DNA from: Batkoa obscura
Taxonomy: Eukaryota
Direction: 5' to 3'
Length of the DNA stretch: 64,000 bases
Assembly (NCBI GenBank): GCA_030770535.1
Contig: JASVEC010000002.1
Location: 930,001-994,000, forward strand
In this document: piece by piece, positions 46,128-58,182 of the stretch
How positions within the stretch are numbered: the first letter of the stretch is position 1
Layout: each line of letters starts with the position of its first letter
Notes under the pieces: model-generated
The model's input: only the letters and a program-made list of their open reading frames with translations
Told to the model about the DNA's origin: nothing
The model's database searches: none
Program-made: the position numbers and the translations under genes

Positions 46128-48330
46128 GTTGACCTTAGTCTGGCTTTCATCATTTTTTAAAAAGTATTTAATTATTTACATACCCTAATTTCTGCTCCCT
46201 CTCTAAGTCCTATTTGAATTTCGTAAAAATTGAAAAATAAATTCATTCCTTGATTATATTAAATATTCGATATTCTTTATTTTGTGTAATATGCGAATAC
46301 TCTTCATTTTTATTGTTTTATTACGTTAAGTATTAATCTATTTTATCTTTAGTATTTTCGATATATGAACATTAACATTATTTACTTCATTATTTACTTC
46401 ATTATTTCATTTCAAACATCGGCTTCAAAAAATTAAAACTATAAGTGCATATTACAACTATTCATTCTCTAAAAATGAAATAGTTTCATCCCTTATTTAT
46501 TTTTAGAAAATAATAAGGATCTACAACTATTAATAATAATTCATAAATTTGATAATAACAACGATCAAAGTAATGGTTAATTATTTAATGTTATGTTAGG
46601 CTAACCCACTAATATGATATCTTTAGAATTGTCTTAACCTAAACCTCTCCTTTTTGTCTTCCTTTTTTCGATTTTGCTCTTACTATAAATTTATTAATTT
46701 TAGCCAAAACTATTTTTAAATTCAAATATTCGTTAGAATTTTTGAAAAACAGAATTCAAGCTTTTATTAAAACTAAAAACTGTGAAATAATTGGTTTAAC
46801 CAAAATAGTGATTAATACGACATAATAAATTCAATTTCCCACTACTTGTCTTTCGCTATAGTGATCTTGGAGTGTATACTAACTATATTTATAACTAATA
46901 ATAAGCATATACCTGTTATTAAATTAACAGGTTTTATTCTTTCTGAATAAATGTTTAATTTAAGCAATCTCATTTCGCTGAAACCACAGTTATAATAACT
47001 GTTTTTTTCAAAGTTATAGTGATGATACTTGTTAGAAGATAAAAGTAGTATCTAAGCAGCGTAGTTAAGTTGAAGTATCCGAATTGAAACATACAATATA
47101 CTATTAATTTCGGTAGATTTTAAAATGAGAATAAAAAATCCACAGTTTGTAAAAATCTAATTTGCAATATCATAAATGATTGGTGACAGCTTCCATATTA
47201 AATAAATGTGGATATTAAATTTTCTAATTTAATTTTGGGAACAATCGCATTGATTCGAATTTTCAATGGGTTTTGCAATCTATTGTGTTATTTATAAATA
47301 ATACATTAAGTTATTAATTAGTTGAAATTGAATTTTCAAAAAGTTATATTAGCTTTTAACTATAGTTTTTAAATTAGCAACAGATACAAAAACATAATTA
47401 GTAGTTACTATACTTTGTCAAATAAGCCACTTTTACTTATTTTGAATGCTAATAATATATTGAAATGTATTAACAAAGACTGACTATTGCTGCTATTAAT
47501 TTAACCTTTTACAATAAAAATTAATTGACTAGTTTCAGTTATTATTAAAAATTAATAGAACACTGAAATGTTAATATACTATTTAATCTATATTACGTTA
47601 CTTTAACTATAAATTAATTTCTATTAGATTAATTATAATACTAAAAAGATTGAATAAATTTGTAAATTAAATAATACAACATTCTTAGTCCTCAGATTAA
47701 CCCTTACGTACAGATGCGTTTTCTATACTATAAATCTAACAACTAAAGTAAAGTGCTAGTAATATTGTCGTTTTACAATTTTTAATTTAAAAAATTGTTT
47801 TATTTAACATTTTAGTTTAGCAGAAACCTACTTAAATACAATTAATAGAAAATTGCTCAATAAAACATTTGTCCTTTTTATAACATTTTTATCAAAGTAA
47901 TAATTTTATCTGAAGAACTCCCACTTGTTAAAAATAAATGTATAATCATAGACTTTTATAACTAAATTGCACAAATATTAATACGCCTCTTTATGTTAAA
48001 ATAGTATAAAATTTACTGGGCTTTTAATAGATTGCATTACCTTAATCAATTTAATCAGTTAACTATAAAATACATACTATTTTAAATAGTGATTAATTCA
48101 CTATTTACTATTCTTCTAAATAAATATAAGATAGAGTAAGTTTTTTTTATTAAAATAATAACATTTACTAATGTTTTAAAATAGCTCAAACTAAAAAATT
48201 AGAATAATTGATTTATTTGTTGGATACATAAAGGTTAAATTTCGGGTATATAGGCAAACTCGTATATTAAAATGTGGTAGACCATAATCAACAATGAGTG
48301 GGCTTTAAAAAAACAACTATTAAAAACAAT

Positions 48331-48523
48331 GAGGGCGTTTTTTTGGTTTCTTCGCTTTTTCTATTCGGGGATGTATTTTTGTTTAATAATTTTGCTGATA
48401 ATTTTTCCACTCAAATAGCGCTTAAAAGATGGAAAAAGTAATGAAGCCAAAAAAAACACCCCCATTTTCTAATTGCTATTTGAACAAAAAATTAGTAAAA
48501 TTCTTAAACAGGAATACATTCAC
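48331..48523 (-). mobile_element. Old MITE split by a nested MITE
   Basis: 48331-48366 and 48464-48523 join into one degenerate copy. Confidence 0.75.
48367..48463 (+). mobile_element. ~98-bp MITE nested in another MITE
   Basis: GGGG..CCCC ends; flanks ATTC/ATTT. Confidence 0.88.
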
Positions 48524-48794
48524 ATATTACATTTGGGTTAAATTAAATCCATAATTTATCTATTTTTTAATTTCGTTATATTGTAAAAAAGGAATAAATT
48601 AACCATAAATACTAGGAAAATAGTAATAATAAGAAAACAAAAAGTACATCTAACAATAGCATTTATTTGTTAATATTTCACAGCTTTATAAAATTTGATG
48701 TAAATAGATTAAACGCTGAAAATTTATTGAGATTTGTCGATTTTTTAGAAGTTTGGGTTTAAATTTATAATAAAGATTTAAAATGTGTAAAACT

Positions 48795-48865
48795 GCGTAC
48801 ATAGTATAGAGGTAGAATACTTCTCTTCCAAAGAAGTGGCCTGGGTTCGATTCCCAGTGTACGCA
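48795..48865 (+). tRNA. tRNA-Gly(TCC)
   Basis: Acceptor stem GCGTACA/TGTACGC, anticodon stem CTTCT/AGAAG around the loop CTTCCAA, and T arm CTGGG-TTCGATT-CCCAG. Confidence 0.95.
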
Positions 48866-49257
48866 GGTACATTTTGTTTTTTACAAAAGCCACATAGTTA
48901 TATATTGCCTTAAACTCAAAGCCAGATAAATAAAAACCAAGTTTTCAATTCAACTGAATGCATTTAATAACTCTCTATTATTCTATACCCTACTCTCCTA
49001 CTTCTTATCGAAAGCCTGTATATTAATGTTTGACTATTTTGTGAATATGAAAGCTTTAAATAAAATCCTGTATAATGTTAACTTCTCTTTAAAGTGTTTG
49101 AAGTATTTATATTAATATTCATGAAAGTAGATTTTTTCATTACAGTAATTAATTTTTTGAAATAGCATAAATTTTAAAGCTTATCCTCTAAAAACCATAA
49201 TTTTAATAAGTTACAAGGTAGAGCCTATTTTTTAGATCAACTTAAAAATAAAAATAT

Positions 49258-49355
49258 GGGGCTGTTTTTTTTAGTTTCATTATTTTTCCATTTTTTAAGC
49301 GCTATTTATGTGGAAAAATTGTCAGTAAAATTCTTAAATACAAAAATACATCCCC
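49258..49355 (-). mobile_element. ~98-bp MITE
   Basis: TSD ATAT. Confidence 0.92.
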
Positions 49356-50155
49356 ATATTTAGATTTTAAATAAATAAATATAAATAAAAACAATATCTA
49401 GACAGAAGATCTACAACAAGAATTATTAGCATTCAAATAAAGTTATTCTTAAAGTATTGCCCTTTAATTTTAGTTCCAATTTCATATTTTAGCAAAATCA
49501 TATATGGTTCTAAAAAAGCAAGTTATCATCATTTATTGTCAGTTTTAATAAAATCCGAAATATAGGATAAGCTATATAAAGAAAATACGAAAATATTTTA
49601 TAAAGTGATAATTACATATGGTATATTAATGTTGAAACTTACCAGTAACATTTTAAATGATCTTATGTCATATGCTCAATTAAAACATCATTTGAATATT
49701 GAATAATGAAAATGTCCTTAATCAAATACTGTAAAATTTGGCTAACTTTTAAAGATTGAAGAAATAGGCAAGCAAATTAGAAACATATAGTGTTTAAAAT
49801 GATCATGTATACAAAATAATAATAACTAGTATAATATATTTATTATAATTTTTCCATGATTGTCTTTACATTTATTACTTTTCAAAGTTTATAAAATATT
49901 TACTCAATCTTTATTATTTGCTAAATTTTATTCAATTCTAGGGAGGTCATATAGTTAAGATCACAATTTTTCCTAACACCAATCAAAATATATTGATACT
50001 TGTGACCTAGATTCTAATTGATCGTAAAATTTACGAATAAGACTTAGAGCAAAATATAACTGACTTGAATGAACCAAAACGTAACAAATTTTCTTCAAAA
50101 ACTTAATTCAAACTAGTAATTATATTGGCATCAAAAGTTATCAGTAGTAGTGACT

Positions 50156-52239
50156 ATGAGTGAAAAGAAAACAAGTAAACTGAAGACTTGGTTTGGAGGT
50201 GGGAAAGACAGTTCAAAAAAGAAAGAAGTAAGCTCTCTTCCGGTTAGAGCTAGTATCGATATGAGTAGAGAAAACTCTAGCAATAGCTCTGTTTCTTCGC
50301 CAAAATCAGGTCCCCACTCAGTTAAAAGCCCAGCATTATCGATAAGATCTACTGGAAGCTTCACTCAAGAGCCTAAGGCAGTTGAAGTTCAAAAATTAAA
50401 AAAAGGTACATAAATAAATAAATTGATTTTAATTTTTGGAGTTAAGAAAATAATTTTCTAGATACACCAAGATCTCCCTTATCTAGCTCTTTCTCTGGAA
50501 ATACCAATGGTTTTAAAAGTATATCTACAAAAACTAGTAGTAGTATAAAAAGCCCAGGACTAGCTAAAGTTTCTTCAATGGTAAATGATTTAAGCTAAGT
50601 GGGTCAATTAATTTATTCAAATTTAGGAAAAATTAAAAGGGTTGATGAATATTGGAGTAGGAAATAAGGAGGAGGCCAGGGAAAGAAGAGGAAGTTTAAG
50701 GAGTTTGAATGAATCCACACCTTTGCAAAAATCGGTCACTCAACCATATATAAGTAAATCAGAGCAGGATTCTGGATTCCCAAAAAGTCCAAGTGTGGCT
50801 TCTTACAGGTCTAGTGTACTAGTCGGAGACAACCAGGAGGTTAAAATGAAAGTCAATGAGCTTGAAAAAGGATATCAACAACTTAAAATGCATGTGAGTG
50901 CGATGGTATCTTTTGAAAAAGAGAATCTAGATGAGGCAGCCAAAATCCTTCAAAATGCTTTCAAAGCTTACAGAGTAATTAATTTAATGTCATATAATAG
51001 TCATTTATTTAGACCTTATAAAACAGATTCGAAAATATTATTTATTAAGAAAAAATCACTTGCTCTATAATACTACTTTAGATCCACCTAACTTCTCTCA
51101 TTTTGAAGAATATGCAAATTCCGTACAGTTGTATAAGGGTAATTTACATTATAATTATACAATAGTGTTAAAGATGATTTATATATTTCAAATTACTAGG
51201 TGATAAAAATAGTGATCAATATGAAGACAAAATAAAATTAATTCAACATACTGTTAGAGGATTTCTAATACGTAAACGCTTCAAACTGGTAATGACTTTT
51301 GACTTTTATGCCACAAAGATTCAAGCCGCTTGGAGAGGATATCAAGTTCGAAATGTGAAGGCTGGGATTAGAATACCATTTTCAAAAATAATTAAAAGTA
51401 TGGGGGCACAATCCTTGGCTACTAGAAAGCTTCAGGATGAAGTTACAGAGTTAAGAGAAGCAGTGAAAATATTAATAAACTCTGTTAATAGACAAAACGA
51501 CTTGGCCAGTACTAATACTTTAAAATCCCCTATGAAATCTAAAACTCTGTCTGTACCTCGTAAATCTTCCTTTTCTAATGAAAATAGCGTAAATTTACCA
51601 ACTAAATCACCTTTATCAACAAAACTTGTGGTTAAAGCTGGCGCTACTAATAAACCTCTTCGTAAGCCATCACTTCCATCCATTAATAATAATAATAGCA
51701 ATGCCTCCAAACCTCCACCAACAACTAACAATGTATCCAAAAAAGAAAGTGGGAATATAAGTAAAGCTAAAGCTCCGCGTAAAGCCTCGATGTCATCTAA
51801 CGATAGTTCAGGTAATAAGTTAGCTAATTCAGTTTTATCAAAGCCAAAAACAAAAACGCCTGACGAGCTTCCTAACATTGTAGAAAATAACAGGAAAGGA
51901 AGCGGGTTAGGTAATGAAATCAAACCTGCTAAAACACTAGAAGGTATTCCTAAAGTAACAACACCAATTCCATTAGAAGATGAAGAAGGAGAAAGCACAG
52001 GTACTGTAGGTAAAAAAGAAGCAAGATCCTTTAAAAGAGGACATCAACCGCGTAGCTATAGTATGTCAAATAGTGAATTTAGATCTAGGTTGCCCCAGCC
52101 TGGTACTTTCGGAGCCAGATTAGCAGAAAAGCTTGGAACTACTGTTGCTCCGGCATCCGAGAAGGAATATACTAGCTTGCTAGCAGAAGTAGATGCAGTG
52201 CGTTTAATGGTACAGGACCAATTGAAACTTAAACCATAA
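50156..52239 (+). CDS. IQ calmodulin-binding motif protein, Ser/Lys-rich, multi-exon
   Basis: Exons near 50156-50406, 50461-50580, 50627-50974, 51012-51138 and 51200-52239 (approximate). IQ-like motifs AAKILQNAFKAYR, IKLIQHTVRGFLIRKRF and ATKIQAAWRGYQVR, plus short coiled coils. Confidence 0.75.
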
Positions 52240-52782
52240 CTGAGATTATTGATATCAAGTTAGCTGAAGTTTTAAAATTTTAAATGTTACCGTTACTTTA
52301 GCTACCATAGCTTATGCTTTATATAGTTTACATTTTGCTTATCTGTCTATAATTTAACTTTGACTATTTTTTACCTCGCATTCTTTGATTAAACTGCTAT
52401 TCATGAGTTTATAATTAAATTGTTTTTTACATAGTTTCTTGAGTTCTGCTATGTATAGTAGCTAAATTGAAGCTTCTGACATGATGTACTTGTAAGCAAC
52501 AATCTATTTGCTTAATATAGACTAAATAAAAATCACTTTTAAATTAATAAACATATTAAATTTATTTTAATCTATTTGAATTAATTGGAATAGTTTGTGA
52601 CAATAAAGTTTTAATCATTTTTAAAAATTTAGATGTTCAAAAAATCGAACAAGTCATTACTCGTTTTTAGTGTAGGTACATTTTTTTAAAACTGAGTCAT
52701 TTGATTGGTTGTCATTTAATTTACAATTTTTAAACAAGTATTGCTAGAAGTTAAATTTCTTTTTGATTAGTTTTAAAATAGA

Positions 52783-53297
52783 ATGTCAACTAAAAAACAA
52801 GAAAACGAAACAAAGTTAGAAGCAAAAGAAAGCAATATAAATATAGAAGGCATTGCACCAGAGCTAGGGTAGGAAATAAAATGAACTAATAAATGCTTTA
52901 ATTATATTATATTTTATTTTGTTTTAGAATTAACTATCCATTTCCACCAGCTTTAAAATATAGCTATCCAGAACCAAATGAAAAAATAATAAGGAACATA
53001 GCGCACGCTTTACTTCATGATAAGAAATTCTATACAAACACATTAAATCTGATGAATAAAATGAATTTACCCCCACCGTTTGAAATGGATAAAGAAATAG
53101 TACATAAAAATAATAAGTAATATTTTTATACTGATTGGGTTTAGGAAAAGAGATTGGAGGAAGATCCAGGATTAAGTTTAATTATTAAAAAGAAGGATCC
53201 TCTTTTGGCAAGCGATGAATCGGAAATGGAGCTAAGTGAGGATGAGAATTTGGCTAAAGTTAAACTTCTTTCCTCATTAAAGAAAAGAAAAAAGTAA
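52783..53297 (+). CDS. RNPC3: U11/U12 snRNP 65K (RNPC3)-like protein lacking RRMs (136 aa; exons 52783-52868, 52928-53099, 53145-53297); absent from the ORF track
   Basis: The spliced product contains IAPELGINYPFPPALKYSYPEPNEKIIRNIAHALLHDKKFYTNTLNLMNKMNLPPPF and LASDESEME, the conserved inter-RRM blocks of RNPC3. Two GT-AG introns keep the frame. Confidence 0.85.
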
Positions 53298-53470
53298 TAC
53301 TCTCGCATTTGATTATATTATTACTATAACTTAACTACTACCTATTTTATAAAATAGCTTCTTGCTTTTATAAAATACTAAAATATTAGATATATGAAAT
53401 AAATTCTGCTATGTATTAAACAGTTATATTGCTTTGGTTTCAAAATAACTATTTCAATTGATAAATATAT

Positions 53471-53564
53471 GGAGGTGTTTTTTTGGTTTCATTATTTTTC
53501 CATTTTTTAAGCGCTATTTGAGTGGAAAGATTGTAGTAAAATTTTTAAACAAAAATATATCCCC
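53471..53564 (-). mobile_element. ~98-bp MITE
   Basis: TSD ATAT. Confidence 0.88.
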
Positions 53565-53747
53565 ATATGTTAATATTTCTGAGTAGTTGTAGACCACATA
53601 ATAGATTAATGTTTATAAATAATAAATTAAAATGTCTAAAACAATAGTTTATATAAATATGCTTTATTAATGAAGTAAAATGGAAATTAAAATGAACTTT
53701 AAATGCTTTTTTCAATACATGTAATTAGCTATAATCCACTGGTTAAG

Positions 53748-55469
53748 TTAATAATATGTACTGGTGGTAGCGTAGGTTGGAGTGGAGTAATAGGTAGAAG
53801 TTGGTGAGTAATATGCTGAAGTTTGGGTACCATAATTATTCCAATTGTTTTGGGTGTTACTGTTGTAATTAGCTGGATAACGGTTCCAAACAGCTTGATT
53901 ATTATTCATATTTCCATTGAAAGCAGCATAACGATTTAAATGTTGACCAATGGCTCCGTGAGCGTTATAGGGAAGATTTTGACTGTAACCCATTTGATTT
54001 AAAGATGGTAAATTATTTGGGGCTTGTTCAACCATATCATCATCACAATCGCTAATCATTACAACTTCATAACGGATACGACATTTCTTACTACGTGGCA
54101 TACTGGCTGTTTCACATTTAGCTGGTGCAGTGTAGGCCGGAGCACTATAAGAGGAGGTGTAAGCTGGAGCACTATATGATGAGGTATAAGCTGGAGCAGT
54201 GTATGATGAGGTATAAGCTGGAGCAGTATAAGAGGAAGTGTAAGCTGGAGCACTGTATGATGAAGTGTAAGCTGGAGCACTGTATGATGAGGTATAAGCT
54301 GGAGCAGTATAAGAGGAAGTGTAAGCTGGAGCAGTATAAGAGGAAGTGTAAGCTGGAGCACTGTATGATGAGGTATAAGCTGGAGCACTGTATGATGAGG
54401 TATAAGCTGGAGCACTATATGATGAAGTATAAGCTGGAGCAGTATAAGAGGAAGTGTAAGCTGGAGCACTGTATGATGAAGTGTAAGCTGGAGCACTGTA
54501 TGATGAAGTGTAAGCTGGAGCACTGTATGATGAGGTATAAGCTGGAGCACTATATGATGAAGTGTAAGCTGGAGCACTGTATGATGAAGTGTAAGCTGGA
54601 GCAGTATAAGAGGAAGTGTAAGCTGGAGCACTATATGATGAAGTATAAGCTGGAGCACTATATGATGAAGTGTAAGCTGGAGCAGTGTATGATGAAGTGT
54701 AAGCTGGAGCAGTGTATGATGAAGTGTAAGCTGGAGCAGTGTATGATGAGGTATAGGCTGGAGCAGTGTATGATGAAGTGTAAGCTGGAGCAGTGTATGA
54801 TGAAGTGTAAGCTGGAGCAGTGTAAGAGGAAGTGTAAGCTGGAGCAGTGTATGATGAAGTATAGACTGGGGTACTATAAGAAGAAGCATAAGTAGAGGTT
54901 GAGCAAGAAGTTGAGGAAGAGTAAGAGCAGGTTGAGCATGCCTTTGAGGTATAAGCTGGAGTAGTATAATAGCTGGAGCTAGAATACTTTGAAGTGTAAA
55001 CTGGAGTAGTATAATAGCTGGAGCTAGAATACTTTGAAGTGTAAACTGGAGTAGTATAATAGCTAGAGGTATAAGCTGGAGTAGTGTAATGAGAGGAAGA
55101 GGAGGTATGATAGCTAGATGAATAATGGGAACCAGTACCATATGTCGAGGTAGTACAGCTAGTTGATGACTTAGTGTATGCAGGAGTAGTGTAGTATTGA
55201 GAAGTATAACTTGGAGTTACATAATGTTGAGAAGTATAGTAACTAGAAGAATGATAATGACCAGTTGAAGTAGTACATGAAGATGAAGAGGAGTAACCTT
55301 TAGTATTATAGTTATTCCAGTTATTTGAAGAGTCATGTCCATAGTCTTCTACATCATAATCATTTGAGCTTCCATAATTATTTGAGCTTCCATAGTTATT
55401 ATTATACTTTGGGTTAGCAGCGATGGTAGAAACCAACAAAGTAAAGATTGAAAAGATTAATTGAACCAT
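53748..55469 (-). CDS. Secreted Tyr/Ser/Thr/Pro-rich tandem-repeat protein (cell-wall or adhesin-like), 573 aa
   Basis: Signal peptide MVQLIFSIFTLLVSTIAA, ~27 Y[TS]APAYTSS nonapeptides and an Asn/Tyr-rich C-terminus. Confidence 0.85.
   Translation of the reverse strand: MVQLIFSIFTLLVSTIAANPKYNNNYGSSNNYGSSNDYDVEDYGHDSSNNWNNYNTKGYSSSSSCTTSTGHYHSSSYYTSQHYVTPSYTSQYYTTPAYTKSSTSCTTSTYGTGSHYSSSYHTSSSSHYTTPAYTSSYYTTPVYTSKYSSSSYYTTPVYTSKYSSSSYYTTPAYTSKACSTCSYSSSTSCSTSTYASSYSTPVYTSSYTAPAYTSSYTAPAYTSSYTAPAYTSSYTAPAYTSSYTAPAYTSSYTAPAYTSSYTAPAYTSSYSAPAYTSSYSAPAYTSSYTAPAYTSSYSAPAYTSSYSAPAYTSSYSAPAYTSSYSAPAYTSSYSAPAYTSSYTAPAYTSSYSAPAYTSSYSAPAYTSSYSAPAYTSSYTAPAYTSSYTAPAYTSSYSAPAYTSSYSAPAYTSSYTAPAYTSSYTAPAYTSSYSAPAYTSSYSAPAYTAPAKCETASMPRSKKCRIRYEVVMISDCDDDMVEQAPNNLPSLNQMGYSQNLPYNAHGAIGQHLNRYAAFNGNMNNNQAVWNRYPANYNSNTQNNWNNYGTQTSAYYSPTSTYYSTPTYATTSTYY
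54130..54880. repeat. 27-bp coding minisatellite
   Basis: Unit taagctggagca(c/g)t(g/a)tatgatga(a/g)gt(g/a); variation is mostly synonymous on the minus strand. Confidence 0.95.
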
Positions 55470-57274
55470 TGAATTAATGAAATAAAGATTAAAATATAAT
55501 TGCTTTTATAAATGTAATTTTGATGTTGTAGCTTAATTATCGGTTATAATATGCTAAAAGGTTAATACTATAATAGATAAGGAGAATTTGTAAATGATCT
55601 AAATCTAATTACAATACAATTGTAATTAATAACTGAATAAAACAGATATTTAAATTGATTAATGATATTTTATAATTTTAGACATAGATATTTACAGTTA
55701 TTTATACTGTTTGTTAAAAAGAATGTTGATATATTTTGATAATAATTCCAACTCCACACAGGACCATAAAAATTTCAATTATCACGATTGAGCTTTTTAT
55801 TTAAATTAAAAAATAGCTCTATAAAATGGGGGTGCACTATTGAATTACTAGCAATTTAGCTTACTACAGAAATTCATCACAATCTCCCCAGTTTTTACTT
55901 GATTTGAAAATTGGATTTGAATTTCTTTGCCAATATTATTAAAGTTTAATTTTCTCCAAATATATATTTCATTATAATGTGAATAAAATGTTAGAATGGA
56001 TATTAGAATTGGAGACATTACAATTACTCGGATTTTTACCTTTATTGTTTTTACTACTTTACTATATTTAGAAGAATCTTCTTTATTAAATGATTATTTA
56101 TACAAAACATTATTTTTGAAAAATTAGAAGTTCAAATATAGTCAAATATCGCAGTATAGTAATAAGCCATTAAAATAATTTTATATAAACATTTAACTTT
56201 ATTAATAATTAAATTAAATAATAGAAAATGAATGATAAATATAGATTAGCTTTAAATAGATGTTATTTCTATTTTTAGATTGTAATCTTTATTTGTTTTA
56301 GTAACTAATTAAATATATATTAAGACTAAATTTTCTATAAAACTAATATAAAACCTTTTGATGACAGTTACCTTAGTTATTAGAATAAAAATTAAGGAGT
56401 ATAAATGTTAAAATTAATCAATGATAACTACACTAACTGAAATGTTAAACAAGATTATCTATTATATTTTAGAAAACCTTTGAAAAGAACTACGCATCCG
56501 AATGTTCTAATTATAATGACAAGAATATCATTTCAAAAATAGACTATTTTTCTTTTAAGTGCAGTAGTATATTGCATTTAAGTATCAACTTGTTGATGTA
56601 TTACTGTTATAACTATAATAAAATAAATACAGATATGACGATAATGATTCTAGTTTGATTAATGAATATCAACGGCTTTTGATTTTCAAAAATATTAAAA
56701 AATGATTAAGCAACTAATACCAAAATAACATACGTCAATATAACAGTTATATCTTGATATAAAAATGTTTTCTAAAGACAACTTAAAGATGCCTATAAGC
56801 TTCTTTTATACTATTTTTTTATTTAAAATTATAAGGTTATTTCAAAAGTAATCATAGTTTTTTGGCCATTAAATAAGCTGTTATTACTTGCAACAGAAGC
56901 TATATTTTTTGTCTAAGAAGGAAAATGATATTCAAGTAAAGGTATTTTGATATTGCTATTCGATACCTTTACACATGAGTTTATCCAAAATCTTTGATTA
57001 CTTTAAAAACTACTTTTATAATCAAAGTCAAAAATTAAAGATCAAAAAATTGTTGACTAAAATTTCGATAAAAATTATAACACTATAAGGTCAATCAGTT
57101 CAATCTAACTTATCCAAGTAATGAACGTTTATTTCTATAACAATTGTAATTGCGATTTTTGCTTTCTTAAAGCCTTTTAAAACAATTACTACTTAGATAA
57201 TCTTATATTTTTATCATTTTCTATTAGATTTTACAAAAAGTACATTCCAGCTTTTAAAGCATTATATCAGTATC

Positions 57275-57368
57275 AGTATGCTTTTTTGGTTTCATTTTTT
57301 CTACTTTTTAAGCGCTATTTGAACAGAAAGATTGTTAATAAAATTCCTAAACAAAAAAATGCATCCCT
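57275..57368 (-). mobile_element. ~98-bp MITE (degenerate)
   Basis: Family core sequence with decayed ends. Confidence 0.72.
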
Positions 57369-58182
57369 ATATTGTTTTTTAAATTAACTCTTTACTGAAA
57401 ATGTGTTCTTATTCTCAGCTATCATAATAATATAACTTACTGTTATAATCATTACTATTTTTTTAATGATATATGACTTGCTGAATTATAATGGTAATAT
57501 AATTATTATTATAATAAGCAATTTAACCTGTATAAATATATTAAAGGAGTGTTGGCAAGTAAATGATTTTGTTGTGGATAAACTTTTTATTCTAACTTTT
57601 ATATATAATTATGTATAAAATGTTTTACAATCAAGTCTTTTATTAAGAAAATACAATAAAAAAATAAGTAATAGCATTATAATAACCTGAATTAGACTGA
57701 ACTCACATTGTATCCATAACCACATTAAACTATATTTTATAATAATTTTAACTTATTATAAACGCAGCTAACTCCTTTTATTTATAAGATTGTCAACTTT
57801 TGAAATAATATAATTATATCCATTTTTTGATACTTTGAAAGGTAAAAACCTAAGTGTTTTATTTAAAAATAAACAGTCTATATCAATCAATCATAAGTAT
57901 AGTTTTTTTTATCTAAAAATCAACTTCTAAAATAGCTATTTCATTTTCAAACAAGTGTTCCTAGTTTTCAGCTAGTAAAAAATCATCTCCTACTTTTTGC
58001 CATTTTAATTCTCAAAAATTTGCAATTGAAAACCAGTCAAACTTTGAAACTAGTAACCAAAAAATCCCAAGATTCAATTCCAATTCCAACTCTAGCTTGA
58101 TGGTCGAAAAAAAAATAATTAAGAAGCTAATTTCCTTTAACTCAAAAGAAAATTGAAAAAAATAGAATAAAGAACGACGATC

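Noticed and set aside
51292..51500. Resemblance of the IQ plus EAVKILINSV segment to CEP97
   Set aside because: No LRR domain is seen and the similarity is too short to support orthology.
54059..55141. Long alternative-frame and antisense ORFs (LQLTLHH and CKLEHCMMK repeats) and a CRISPR-like look
   Set aside because: These are by-products of the 27-bp coding repeat. There are no unique spacers and no cas genes, the context is eukaryotic, and only the 573-aa frame has a signal peptide and synonymous variation.
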